Below are positions 8,837 through 18,352 of a stretch of DNA of 32,000 nucleotides, piece by piece. The notes beneath the pieces are model-generated. The model searched no databases. It had not been told where the DNA came from and worked only from the letters and a program-made list of their open reading frames with translations. Every line of letters begins with the position of its first letter. Positions within the stretch are counted from its first letter, which is position 1. Position numbers and translations under genes: made by a program. The stretch comes from Synechocystis sp. PCC 6803 substr. PCC-P. GTDB taxonomy: Bacteria; Cyanobacteriota; Cyanobacteriia; Cyanobacteriales; Microcystaceae. Where the stretch lies: positions 2,970,001 to 3,002,000 of the forward strand of contig NC_017039.1 of assembly GCF_000284455.1 (NCBI RefSeq). The letters run 5' to 3'.

Positions 8837-10057
8837 TTAAATTGCGATATTTTGCCAATATTGCCAGGCAGCATAGCTGAGGGTGACAACCCCCGTTAAA
8901 ATTGCTGCTTCATCGGCTTCAAAGCGAGGATGGTGCAAAGGATGATTCATCTGGCGATCGCCAAAACCAGTACCTAAACGAAACATAGCTCCAGGGGCGT
9001 GTTCTAGGTATAGAGCAAAATCTTCTGCCCCTAGGGATGGTTCAGGAATAATTTGCAGGGCTGATTCTCCCCAGGCTTCCCGCACTGCATTTTCTAACAA
9101 CTTATTTAACTGGGCATCGTTCTGTACCGAAGGTACTCCCCGACGGTAATTGACTTCATATTTCGCCCCATAGGTTTGGCAAACGTTGGCCACAATCCCC
9201 TCAATCCATTGGGGCAGTTGGGCATGGGTTTCGGGATGGAGAGATCGCACTGTGCCGGCCATGCGGACTTGGTCGGCAATCACGTTGGGAGCCCGGCCAC
9301 CGCTAATTTGCCCCAGGGAAAGCACCATGGGCCGGAGGGGATTTTGGGTGCGACTGATGGCTTGTTGCAAAGCAGTAATTACTTGGGCCGCAATCCAAAT
9401 GGCGTCGATCGCTTCGTGGGGCCTAGCACCATGCCCCGATTCCCCTTGGATAAAAATTTCCAGATCATCCGCCGCCGCTGTCAACGCACCGTAACGAATG
9501 CCCACCTGCTGGGCCGGAATAGAAGGAAAAACATGAACGCCTAAAATATGGCTGACCCCCTTCATGGCCCCATCTTGGATCATCCAACTGGCCCCCTGGG
9601 CAATTTCCTCCGCTGGTTGAAATAAAAAGCGCACATCCCCCGGTAACCTATGCCCCATTTGGGACAACACCATGGCCGTACCCAAACCCAAAGTGGTGTG
9701 GATATCGTGGCCACAGGCGTGCATCACCCCCGGATGGCGGGAAGCAAAGGGCAAACTCACCATTTCTTCGATGGGTAACGCATCCATATCGGTACGGATG
9801 GCCAACAGCCGCGGATCGTCTCCTTTGCCGGACAACTGCCCCACCACCCCCGTTTTCCCGATCGCCTCTTCGACATGGAGGCCACAGGAGGACAACACCC
9901 CCGCCACATAGGCCGCCGTTTGATATTCTTGGCCGCTCAACTCGGGATGGGCATGGAGATGGCGACGGATTTCCACCAGCCGGGGCAATAGGGTTTGGGC
10001 TAAATTTTTTAGCTCCACCAGGGCAGCATCGGTGTGTTGGGAAGCAGAGGATAGCAA
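8837..10057 (-). CDS. M20 family metallopeptidase / N-acyl-L-amino acid amidohydrolase
   Basis: 406 aa; 'RRHLHAHPELSGQEYQTA', 'RTDMDALPI', 'HACGHDIHTTLGLGTA', 'GAEDFALY'. Confidence 0.93.
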   Translation of the reverse strand: MLSSASQHTDAALVELKNLAQTLLPRLVEIRRHLHAHPELSGQEYQTAAYVAGVLSSCGLHVEEAIGKTGVVGQLSGKGDDPRLLAIRTDMDALPIEEMVSLPFASRHPGVMHACGHDIHTTLGLGTAMVLSQMGHRLPGDVRFLFQPAEEIAQGASWMIQDGAMKGVSHILGVHVFPSIPAQQVGIRYGALTAAADDLEIFIQGESGHGARPHEAIDAIWIAAQVITALQQAISRTQNPLRPMVLSLGQISGGRAPNVIADQVRMAGTVRSLHPETHAQLPQWIEGIVANVCQTYGAKYEVNYRRGVPSVQNDAQLNKLLENAVREAWGESALQIIPEPSLGAEDFALYLEHAPGAMFRLGTGFGDRQMNHPLHHPRFEADEAAILTGVVTLSYAAWQYWQNIAI

Positions 10058-10116
10058 AGTGGCAAAGGGAAAATGTTAGTGGTGCTTTTTAGTGTAGAAC
10101 ACGGCATTGGGGGAAG

Positions 10117-11394
10117 TTAACCAAGGTCGTCGTTTCCCATGGAGTTCCTCCCCGCAGTGAGTAAATAAATCGGATTGAGGGGATCAAAGCGGGTCAGTTC
10201 GGCAAATTTAACGCTCTGGCTAATTTGCACCTGTTGCACTTTCACCTGCCATTGTTGTTGTTTAAACCAGCCCAGGGCTAAGCTCAAATGCTCCAAACTG
10301 GCGATCGCCATCACCACCAAACCATTTATCGCTAAACGTTCCCCGCAAGTCTGCAAAATAGAGGTTAATTGCCCACCGTTACCACCAATGAAAACTCGGT
10401 TAGGAGTAGGTAAATTGGCTAAAACTTCCGGGGCAGAGCCGGCCACTACCTCGACGTTTTGCAGTTGAAATCGTTGGCAATTTTGTTCGATTAACCGTTG
10501 ACCAGCGCTAGTTTTTTCAATGGCAAAAACTTTTCCCTGGGGACACAACCGGGCACCCTCGATCGCCACTGACCCGGTACCGGCCCCAATGTCCCAAATA
10601 ATTTGTCGGGGTTGCAAGGATAAAGCGGCTAAAATTTGCACCCGGATAGGCTGTTTGGTAATCATGCCAGGGCGATCGTCAAAGCTAGCAAAGTGATGAT
10701 CGGCGATGCCCAAAATGGGTAACTGATCCAGATCAATTAGGGGATTTTCTGGCTTTTGTTTAACTAGCACCACTACATTGAGGGGGGAAAAATCCGTTGC
10801 GGTTAGGGATGCTAAAGATGGCAAATCAAAGGCTTGAATCTGTTCATTTGTTGCCGCTAAGTTTTCACAAACCCAAGCTTGGTAAGTGGTGGTCAACCCC
10901 AAAGATAAACATAAATTGGCGATCGCCCCTGGATGATTTTGCCCATCGGTGAGAATGGCTAATTTTTTTGCTCCTTTTTGCAGGGCTTGTATGAGCAACT
11001 CGTTGGATCTTCCGTGGGCACTGATGATGGTGGCATCCTGCCAGGGCATTTTTAAACGATTAAAGGCTAGCTGAATGGAACTCAAATGGGGATGAAATTT
11101 TAATTGTTCCGGGGAAAATTTTTCCAGTAATAACCGTCCCAAGCCAAAGTACAGGGGATCACCGGAAGCTAAAACAACAATAGTTTCGTGTGACTTTAAA
11201 GTCTGATGAAACTGCTTGATTTTCTTTAAATCTGCTGAAAAATCCTTGATGACTAAACTTTTTTTGCCGTACTGCGGGAAGTAACTCAAATGGCGATCGC
11301 CGCCGGCCAATATTTTTGCTTGGGCAATTAATTCTAGTGTTGAACTAGTTAACCCTTCGGCACCATTCAGGCCAATGCCCACCACATGGATCAT
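10117..11394 (-). CDS. cobL: precorrin-6Y C5,15-methyltransferase (decarboxylating), fused CbiE-CbiT (CobL)
   Basis: 425 aa; N-terminal tetrapyrrole methylase domain 'VVLASGDPLYFGLG', C-terminal SAM domain 'IWDIGAGTGSVAIEGARL'. Confidence 0.92.
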   Translation of the reverse strand: MIHVVGIGLNGAEGLTSSTLELIAQAKILAGGDRHLSYFPQYGKKSLVIKDFSADLKKIKQFHQTLKSHETIVVLASGDPLYFGLGRLLLEKFSPEQLKFHPHLSSIQLAFNRLKMPWQDATIISAHGRSNELLIQALQKGAKKLAILTDGQNHPGAIANLCLSLGLTTTYQAWVCENLAATNEQIQAFDLPSLASLTATDFSPLNVVVLVKQKPENPLIDLDQLPILGIADHHFASFDDRPGMITKQPIRVQILAALSLQPRQIIWDIGAGTGSVAIEGARLCPQGKVFAIEKTSAGQRLIEQNCQRFQLQNVEVVAGSAPEVLANLPTPNRVFIGGNGGQLTSILQTCGERLAINGLVVMAIASLEHLSLALGWFKQQQWQVKVQQVQISQSVKFAELTRFDPLNPIYLLTAGRNSMGNDDLG

Positions 11395-11485
11395 TTAATT
11401 AAATTTCCTCACTAAAAATCGGCCAAGCTTAAATTTTAGAAGGCATTGTAAGTAAATCTCTTCCAAACAAAATAACAATTATTTC

Positions 11486-11502
11486 CCCCCTTTCAAAGGG
11501 GG
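11486..11502. repeat. G/C-tract palindrome CCCCCTTT-C-AAAGGGGG in the rlmN-cobL intergenic gap
   Basis: 8-bp perfect inverted arms around one base, followed by GGATGAGGGGGGATAAAA. Confidence 0.7.
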
Positions 11503-11522
11503 ATGAGGGGGGATAAAACTAA

Positions 11523-12587
11523 TCACGCCATAGGGGTTAATTCCGCTAATTCTTCCTTGCGGGAAGCCCGTAACTGACCACAGGCCGCATCCGCTTGCAC
11601 TCCCCGGGAATAGCGCACACTGACCGCAATGCGATGGTCACTCAAAACCTGGGCAAACTGATTGATTTGGGCTTCCGTAGGACGCTGATAATCCACCTCG
11701 GAAATGGGATTGTAGGGAATTAAATTGACATGGGTTTGGAAACCCCGCAACTTTTGGGCCAATTCTTCCGCATGGACTGGTTGGTCATTGACTCCCGCCA
11801 GCAGCACATACTCAAACGTCACCCGTCGCCCCGTAGTTTCCACATAGGCTCGACAGTCCGCCAACAATTGCTCCAGGGGATAGTGCCGGGCACTGGGAAT
11901 TAACGATTGTCGCAAAGTTTGATTGGGAGCATGGAGACTAACCGCAAAAGTAACCTGCAAATGGCGATCGGCTAGTTGGCGAATTTTCCCCGGCAACCCC
12001 ACTGTGGAAATGGTCAACGCCCGCTGGCCAATGCCCACCACTTGATTAAGACATTCCACCGCCTTCACCACCTGGGGCAAATTTAACAGCGGTTCCCCCA
12101 TGCCCATGAAAACCACATTGCTCACCCGTTCATGGAATTCCTCCTGTACGGTCAGCACTTGGTCAACAATTTCATGACTTTCTAAATTGCGGATGAACCC
12201 TCCTTTGCCCGTGGCGCAGAAATTGCAATCCATGGCACAGCCAACCTGGGAGGAAACGCACACCGTTAAACGCTTACTGCTGGGAATGCCCACCGTTTCA
12301 ATAATCAACCCATCTGCCAAACGAAGCAGGTATTTCCTTGTGTGATCCGGGGCCACCGCACAGTGGTCAATGACCGATCGCCCGATGGGGTAATGGACAT
12401 TTTTTTCCCGCCATACCTTCGGCAAATCTGTCATGGCAGTCAGGGAACGGGCCCCTTTTTGATACAACCATTGGTGAATTTGCTTACCCCGATAGGCCGG
12501 TTGGCCAGTGGTTTGCACCCAGTCAGTTAATTCCGGCAGGGAAAGGGATAGTAGAGGAGCGGGGGAAGGGGCCATGGCGATAAGCAA
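11523..12587 (-). CDS. rlmN: 23S rRNA (adenine-C2)-methyltransferase RlmN, radical SAM
   Basis: 354 aa; radical SAM cysteines '[16 protein letters not shown]', '[13 protein letters not shown]', 'ACGQL'. Confidence 0.94.
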   Translation of the reverse strand: MLIAMAPSPAPLLSLSLPELTDWVQTTGQPAYRGKQIHQWLYQKGARSLTAMTDLPKVWREKNVHYPIGRSVIDHCAVAPDHTRKYLLRLADGLIIETVGIPSSKRLTVCVSSQVGCAMDCNFCATGKGGFIRNLESHEIVDQVLTVQEEFHERVSNVVFMGMGEPLLNLPQVVKAVECLNQVVGIGQRALTISTVGLPGKIRQLADRHLQVTFAVSLHAPNQTLRQSLIPSARHYPLEQLLADCRAYVETTGRRVTFEYVLLAGVNDQPVHAEELAQKLRGFQTHVNLIPYNPISEVDYQRPTEAQINQFAQVLSDHRIAVSVRYSRGVQADAACGQLRASRKEELAELTPMA

Positions 12588-12701
12588 AAAGAAGCATCCA
12601 TGGCCAGTGTAAGTCAGATTTCCCGGCCACTACAAAAAAATCCTGGCCAAATTGTTGACATAAAAATCTTTCTTTGGCATATTGATAAAAGTCTGAAATT
12701 T

Positions 12702-12773
12702 GCGGGTATAGCTCAGTGGTAGAGCGCAACCTTGCCAAGGTTGATGTCGCGCGTTCGAATCGCGTTACCCGCT
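12702..12773 (+). tRNA. tRNA-Gly (anticodon GCC)
   Basis: Cloverleaf read by eye: acceptor GCGGGTA/TACCCGC, anticodon loop TTGCCAA, T-arm GCGCG-TTCGAAT-CGCGT, discriminator T; no encoded CCA. Confidence 0.95.
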
Positions 12774-12812
12774 TATTAAAAATTTTCCCCAATCTGCGGA
12801 GCAAAGTGAATC

Positions 12813-14069
12813 ATGGCAATGGTTAGTTTTGCCTGGCAGTTTCTCAAGCAGAAAGTGTTTTTTTGGTTGCACAAAAGTCAGGAGAGTGACCATTCTCCCG
12901 AGACCTTGGCGCCATTGCCAGACACCTTGGAAGCAAAACTTCTCCAATCCATTAACTCCCTCGTTACCCCCACCGCCTACATCAAGGCCATTCATTCCGC
13001 CCTAGAAGATAGCCTCCAGGCCTGGCAAAAAAACCTAGAAGCCCCCAATAGCCTGGTGATTCTGGCCAATCCCGTCGAGCCGATCGCCAAAATTTTGCAG
13101 GATAGCTTAAACAGTTGGGATAATGACCTGGAGGTAAAGGTGGTGACCCCCCTGGGGGATTTTCGTCGCCCTTCTGATCCTTTGACCATAACAGCCCAAT
13201 TGCGCCATGCCCTAGAAGCCCAGGGAGGCATTGAGTTTGACGGCCAGGGAGTGGACTTAATCCAGGATGTGGAATGTTTGGAACAGCGCACCACAGTGGT
13301 GGTGATTCCTTCCTTAGAACAATGCTTTCTGCGTTGTATCAGCGGTTGGGACGGCATTGGTTTTTTGCGGGAAATTACTGTGCAGAATCCTCAATACTTC
13401 TGGTTGATTGGTTGTAATTCCTGGGCCTGGGACTTTTTGGATTTTGTCAGCCAAATTAGCGCTTATTTTGATGACGTGCGTCCTCTGCCAACCTTAACGG
13501 GGGAAATGCTCCGCAGTTGGTTAATCCCCCTCACAGGGCAATGGGGCACTATTAAGCCAGAAGGCGATCTTGCCAACTTAATTAGTGTTAATTCATCTAA
13601 TTCATCTTCATCAGATGCCCAGGCAGAGGTCGAACTTTATTGGCAAAACCTTGCGAACTGCTCCCAGGGGATCGGTTCCATTGCGGCTAAGCTTTGGTTA
13701 CGGAGTCTGCGGATCAAAAAGCAAGTGATGGAAAGGGAAAACCCAGCTCAATCGGTGCTCAATACCAAAGAAAATGAGGACCAAATCTGCCCCTTGTTCC
13801 AGGTCAATCCCGCCCAGCCGAGCTTACCGTCCTTCACCAACCTAGATTTGTATTTGCTCCACTCCTTGATGATCCACGGCCGCATTAGTCCAGCGCACTT
13901 GGCCCTGAGCTTAGGGGAACCGGAAAGTCAAATCCAAGCTAGGGTACAGCGGCTCCTACGGGAAGATATTTTGGTACGTCGTTGGGGGGATTTAATTATT
14001 TGCCCCACCTACTATCAACAACTGCAAAGTGAATTGGCCAATAATAATTTCTTTGTGGGGGGAAGATGA
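12813..14069 (+). CDS. hypothetical protein with a degenerate P-loop/STAND-like ATPase appearance and C-terminal winged-helix-like region
   Basis: 418 aa; long ORF coupled to the MscS gene; 'TTVVVIPSLEQCFLR' resembles Walker B, no GxxxxGK[ST]; C-terminal 'LYLLHSLMIHGRISPAHLALSLGEPESQIQARVQRLLREDILVRR' wHTH-like. Confidence 0.75.
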   Translation: MAMVSFAWQFLKQKVFFWLHKSQESDHSPETLAPLPDTLEAKLLQSINSLVTPTAYIKAIHSALEDSLQAWQKNLEAPNSLVILANPVEPIAKILQDSLNSWDNDLEVKVVTPLGDFRRPSDPLTITAQLRHALEAQGGIEFDGQGVDLIQDVECLEQRTTVVVIPSLEQCFLRCISGWDGIGFLREITVQNPQYFWLIGCNSWAWDFLDFVSQISAYFDDVRPLPTLTGEMLRSWLIPLTGQWGTIKPEGDLANLISVNSSNSSSSDAQAEVELYWQNLANCSQGIGSIAAKLWLRSLRIKKQVMERENPAQSVLNTKENEDQICPLFQVNPAQPSLPSFTNLDLYLLHSLMIHGRISPAHLALSLGEPESQIQARVQRLLREDILVRRWGDLIICPTYYQQLQSELANNNFFVGGR

Positions 14070-15022
14070 TGTTAGATACCACATTTTTGTCAGATTTTTT
14101 TACTCTGAATAGAAATACTTTTGCCCATTATTTGCCGGTAATCCATTTAACTAATGCGGGGGAATTTGGGCTTCAGCATTTGTCCTCCCTGCCCTTGGCT
14201 CAGTTGACCCCCCCGGATCAAATTCCCAAAAGTTTGCTGACGGATTTGACTATCCGAAAAATTATTCGGGCCGTAATTGCTGTGGCGATCGCCTATGGGT
14301 TGATGGCGGTAATTCAAAAGGTCACTAACTGGATTTCGGAGCGGGTACCCCGGCGGTTTCGGCTGTTGGTCAAACAATCTTTACCGTTTTGCAAAGCATT
14401 AATTTTACTATTTACCATTTCCTATTTATTAAACCTATTTTTTAATTTATCGGAAGGTAATTTATTGGCTTTGACTGGTACCATTGCGGTGGCCCTAGGT
14501 TTTGCGTTTAAAGATTACATTAGCTCCATTATTGCCGGGGTGGTGGCCCTGTTTGAAGCGCCCTATCGGGTAGGAGATCGGATTCAAATTGGAGATCATT
14601 ACGGTGAAGTGACGGGCTATGGACTGCGGGGTATTTGCCTCCAAACTCCGGACGATAATAATGTCACCATTCCCCATAACAAAACCTGGACAGAACCGAT
14701 TTCCAATGCCAATGGCGGTAATTTAGAAGCCCAGGTGGCCACCAGCTTTTACTTCGATCACAGCGTTGATGTGGAACAGGTTATCCGTATTTTGTACCAG
14801 GCCGCCTACAGCAGTCGCTACACCCAACTCAGCATTCCCATTGTGGTGGTGATGAAGGAACACATCTGGGGCACCGAATTTAAGCTCCGTTCCTATCCCA
14901 TGGACGCCCGAGATGAATTTGCCTACCAAACGGATTTAATCCGTCGGGCTAAACGAGCCTTTGGCCAACAGGGTTTGCCCTATCCCAGACTAAAACTGGG
15001 GCGGGATGAGTCAGACACCTGA
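14066..15022 (+). CDS. MscS-family small-conductance mechanosensitive ion channel
   Basis: 318 aa; TM helices, 'LGFAFKDYISSIIAGVVALFEAPYRVGDRIQIGDHYGEVTGYGLRGICLQTPDDNNVTIPHN'. Confidence 0.92.
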   Translation: MMLDTTFLSDFFTLNRNTFAHYLPVIHLTNAGEFGLQHLSSLPLAQLTPPDQIPKSLLTDLTIRKIIRAVIAVAIAYGLMAVIQKVTNWISERVPRRFRLLVKQSLPFCKALILLFTISYLLNLFFNLSEGNLLALTGTIAVALGFAFKDYISSIIAGVVALFEAPYRVGDRIQIGDHYGEVTGYGLRGICLQTPDDNNVTIPHNKTWTEPISNANGGNLEAQVATSFYFDHSVDVEQVIRILYQAAYSSRYTQLSIPIVVVMKEHIWGTEFKLRSYPMDARDEFAYQTDLIRRAKRAFGQQGLPYPRLKLGRDESDT

Positions 15023-15090
15023 GTGGGTGGGCTTTTTCAGATCGGATTGTAAGCTTTAGTGACACTAAGCAAAAATACTCGGTTGTAAAA

Positions 15091-16437
15091 TTAGCGTTGG
15101 TCGAAATTTAGTTGCTTGAGCAGAAATGGCCAAGCGGCCTGGTTACGGCCCGGTTCCCTGGCACTGACCTCAAAGGTTTTGCCCCCAGCTTCCGCCCATT
15201 GCAAACTGTCCACACATAACTTGGCGATCGCCCAGCGACTAACTTGGCCCCGCAGATTATCCCCCTGGGCAAATTGCATCATTTCTGGATTTTCTGACTC
15301 CGTTAAAGCACAGGGCCGAACGATGGTGTAGGTCAAACCACTGCCCCGGATGGCATCTTCCCCCCGTAATTTCCAAGTCAAAATGCCTCCCAATTGGTCA
15401 TTGAGACGCACCGCCGGTGGTTCTTCGTCCAAATTCAACCCTGGGCGATCGGGACGGGTTACTCCAGCCGAACTGACGTGGATGAACTGGGGCGTGAGGG
15501 GATTGGCATAGGTTTTGATGGACTCAATTTCCAGACCAAATATACCCGGGGAAAAGCTGGGATTTAGCCCACCGTCGTACTCAAATTTGCTATGCATCAA
15601 CTGGAAGGCGGACACCTGGGCAGAATTGAATGGGCCCTTTTCTGGCACGGTTTTCGCCCGAAAGACGGGAATTAATTGTTGGAAGGGAATACAAACTGTT
15701 TGGGGACGATTGTTGAAAGTATCGAAGGAGTAACAGTAGCTCAGCCCATCCCAGTCGTTTTGGCTACGGATAATGAATTTGTAGCGCTTGCCGTCCCCTT
15801 GGATGCGGAGTTGAATGCCCTCAGCGTAGGAAAGATCCAACGCCGGTTCAAAATTTGGCGATCGCACCGAGGCAAAGCCCCCATTATTAGCGGTGGAAAC
15901 TTCTCCGGTGAATAAAGCCCGATCGCCGGTCAGTTGCCATTGGCTAGCGCTGACACCCCCCATCACCCCATCGTCAACGGAATACCAAGCTAAACGGGGA
16001 GAATCAGTCTGACGAAAGTCGATCAGGGTGTTTTCCTTGGGCTGAATATGTTCTTTGACCACCGCCAGCAGGTTTTTGATGCCTTCATACTCCACTTGCT
16101 CCGGTACGTCCACCACTTCCGGCAGGTAAAACTTGAGCCCTTGGTAATACTTTTCCCGTTGGGGCGTATCCCCTTCCACTGGTTGAACTTTGGTGCCACT
16201 ACAACAAATCACCGCCGTTACCCTGGCCATCAATGCTGGAGTTAAACTTTCTCGAATAGTTAAATCACCGCCAAAAAATTCCAGGCGATCGGGTAGCCTA
16301 CCCCCAAACCAAGCTTGAAAAAGTTTTTTGGCCCTGGGCACATCCCGCACCAACACCCGCACCTCTTGGCCTCCGTCAATGAGCAATTTAACTACCCTTT
16401 TGCCCACGCCGCCGGTGGCGCCCACAACTAAAATCAC
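15091..16437 (-). CDS. atypical SDR (NmrA-like) with inserted CIA30 domain, HCF173-like
   Basis: 448 aa; Rossmann 'ILVVGATGGVGKRVVKLL', CIA30-like 'AWYSVDDGVMGGVSASQWQL...FTGEVSTANNGGFASVRS', then SDR C-terminus 'GLTYTIVRPCALTE'. Confidence 0.85.
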   Translation of the reverse strand: MILVVGATGGVGKRVVKLLIDGGQEVRVLVRDVPRAKKLFQAWFGGRLPDRLEFFGGDLTIRESLTPALMARVTAVICCSGTKVQPVEGDTPQREKYYQGLKFYLPEVVDVPEQVEYEGIKNLLAVVKEHIQPKENTLIDFRQTDSPRLAWYSVDDGVMGGVSASQWQLTGDRALFTGEVSTANNGGFASVRSPNFEPALDLSYAEGIQLRIQGDGKRYKFIIRSQNDWDGLSYCYSFDTFNNRPQTVCIPFQQLIPVFRAKTVPEKGPFNSAQVSAFQLMHSKFEYDGGLNPSFSPGIFGLEIESIKTYANPLTPQFIHVSSAGVTRPDRPGLNLDEEPPAVRLNDQLGGILTWKLRGEDAIRGSGLTYTIVRPCALTESENPEMMQFAQGDNLRGQVSRWAIAKLCVDSLQWAEAGGKTFEVSAREPGRNQAAWPFLLKQLNFDQR

Positions 16438-16634
16438 AGTATTTTTCCCTTGGTTGACAGCACTGTTTCTAATCTAATCTTCCTAGGGTCTTTGCGCTAG
16501 GCAACCCAGTTTAGCTAGCAGTACGGTGGGAATTTCCTCAGGCCGTGGCCAAAGATTTTCAGAAAGAGCATTTAAGTATTGAAGTTTATTAGGACTATTT
16601 GTTAAGCCTAATGGCGCCTAAAATTTTTAGTTAA

Positions 16635-18341
16635 CTACCTTTTTTGCACCAGTCGGTCTAACTTTTCTTGCACGGCCAACTTGATCAAAGACCGCAGTAA
16701 AAAGAGGCCAAATAGTCCCGCTAAGCCGAAACCCACCACAGCAAAACGAGCATAGACCGTGGATAGCAAGACCGTTGCTGATAGTAAAGTAAAGCCCGTT
16801 AAACAGGCAAAAATGAGACTTTTTAGGGCCAAGTGGATTTTCCGCAACAGGCGATCGCCTTCCGGGGAGCGGGTGGCAAACTGGAGCTCGCCCCGTTCTA
16901 ATTTGGCGGCCAATTCCTGGAGAAATTGTTGGTTACGGGATGGTCTGTTCAATTGGTCGAGGGCAAATTGTTTAACCTGTTGCAGCAGCGCCATGGCTAG
17001 GGAACGTTTAGGTTGGGCAACGGTGATGCTTTGGATGAAGGGCTGACTGGCGGCGATTAAATTATAGCGGGGGTCCAAGGCCCGGGCGATGCCATCCAGA
17101 GTAGAAATGGATTTTAAAATAAAGGTCATTTGGGGCGGTAGGCGGAAGGGTTGTTGTTGGAACATGGCATAGACCTCTTCCCCCACTTGGTCAAAGGCTT
17201 TAATATCAATCGGTTTATCGCGAAAGTTATCCAGCAAAAAATTAATAATTCTTTTGATGGGACTTAGATCTCCTTTCGGTTCCACTAGGCCCATATAAAT
17301 TAAAGCCTCTAACACCTGGTTGGTGTCCTTTCTCAGTACAGCAAAAAAAGTTTGTACCATTTGATCTTTGGCAATGATTTTCACCTCCGCCATGGTGCCA
17401 AAATCATAAAAAATCAAGTCCCCCTGGCTATCCACCGCCATATTGCCTGGATGGGGATCGGACTGGAAAAAACCATCAACTAGTAACTGTTTTAAATAGG
17501 CGCAAATACCGGTTTGAATCACCAAATCTAAATTAATGCCAGCGGTTTCCAAGGCTTGGCGATCGTCCACTTTAATGCCCGGTAAATATTCCAGTGTTAA
17601 AACCATGCGGGTGGTGTATTGCCAATAAATTTCTGGCACCCTAACCCTGGGATAATCAGCAAAGTTTTGACGGAATCTTTCTGCATTTTTGCCTTCGTGA
17701 ATGTAATCAATTTCCAAAAAAAGCAGGGAGAAAAATTCTTGATAAATGGCTTCAATTTCATATTTTTGGGCCAGTCGACGGAATCCGGGTAACCATCGTT
17801 TGGCTAACCGCAATGTTTGATGTAAAAGCTCAAAATCTAGATTTAATAAACTATCCAATCCTGGTCTTTGTACTTTCACCACCACCGCTTCCCCCGTGGG
17901 CAACACCGCCCGATGCACCTGGCCTAAACTGGCCGATGCCAGGGGAGTAACTTCAAATTGTTGAAAAATCTCATCGATCGCCCCGTGCAATTCCTGTTCG
18001 ATAACGGCGATCGCCTGACGGGAATCAAAGGGAGGGACCCGGTCCTGGAGTTGGGTAAAAGCTTCGATATATTCCGCCGGAATGATATCTGCCCTGGTGG
18101 AAAGGGACTGACCGATCTTGATAAAAGTAGGGCCCAAATAGAGTAACTGTTGCACCAACCATTGGGCTCGACGATAGCGCCGTTGGGCAGAGCGGGGGGC
18201 CGTGAGCCGGTCCCACGACAAAAAGAACACAAATAACAGAAAAACCCTAGTGACCGCCAGTTGTCTGCGCCACGGCCTACGGGACAAACCCGACCAACTG
18301 AGGGGTCGATCCGCCATCGGTTGCGAAATGAGCATCATCAA
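16635..18341 (-). CDS. ABC1/UbiB family atypical protein kinase
   Basis: 568 aa; 'LGPTFIKIGQSLSTRADIIPAEYIEAFTQLQDRVPP', 'LASASLGQVHRA', 'VVKVQRPG', 'DPHPGNM', 'YDFGTM'; C-terminal TM helices. Confidence 0.93.
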   Translation of the reverse strand: MMMLISQPMADRPLSWSGLSRRPWRRQLAVTRVFLLFVFFLSWDRLTAPRSAQRRYRRAQWLVQQLLYLGPTFIKIGQSLSTRADIIPAEYIEAFTQLQDRVPPFDSRQAIAVIEQELHGAIDEIFQQFEVTPLASASLGQVHRAVLPTGEAVVVKVQRPGLDSLLNLDFELLHQTLRLAKRWLPGFRRLAQKYEIEAIYQEFFSLLFLEIDYIHEGKNAERFRQNFADYPRVRVPEIYWQYTTRMVLTLEYLPGIKVDDRQALETAGINLDLVIQTGICAYLKQLLVDGFFQSDPHPGNMAVDSQGDLIFYDFGTMAEVKIIAKDQMVQTFFAVLRKDTNQVLEALIYMGLVEPKGDLSPIKRIINFLLDNFRDKPIDIKAFDQVGEEVYAMFQQQPFRLPPQMTFILKSISTLDGIARALDPRYNLIAASQPFIQSITVAQPKRSLAMALLQQVKQFALDQLNRPSRNQQFLQELAAKLERGELQFATRSPEGDRLLRKIHLALKSLIFACLTGFTLLSATVLLSTVYARFAVVGFGLAGLFGLFLLRSLIKLAVQEKLDRLVQKR

Positions 18342-18352
18342 CGGAGGAAAAA

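Noticed and set aside
9176-9544. 122-aa and 102-aa plus-strand ORFs opposite the amidohydrolase
   Set aside because: Overlapping alternative frames of a conserved M20 enzyme; no motifs.
12992-13357. 121-aa minus-strand ORF opposite the ATPase-like gene
   Set aside because: Shadow of the coupled gene upstream of mscS; no recognisable fold.
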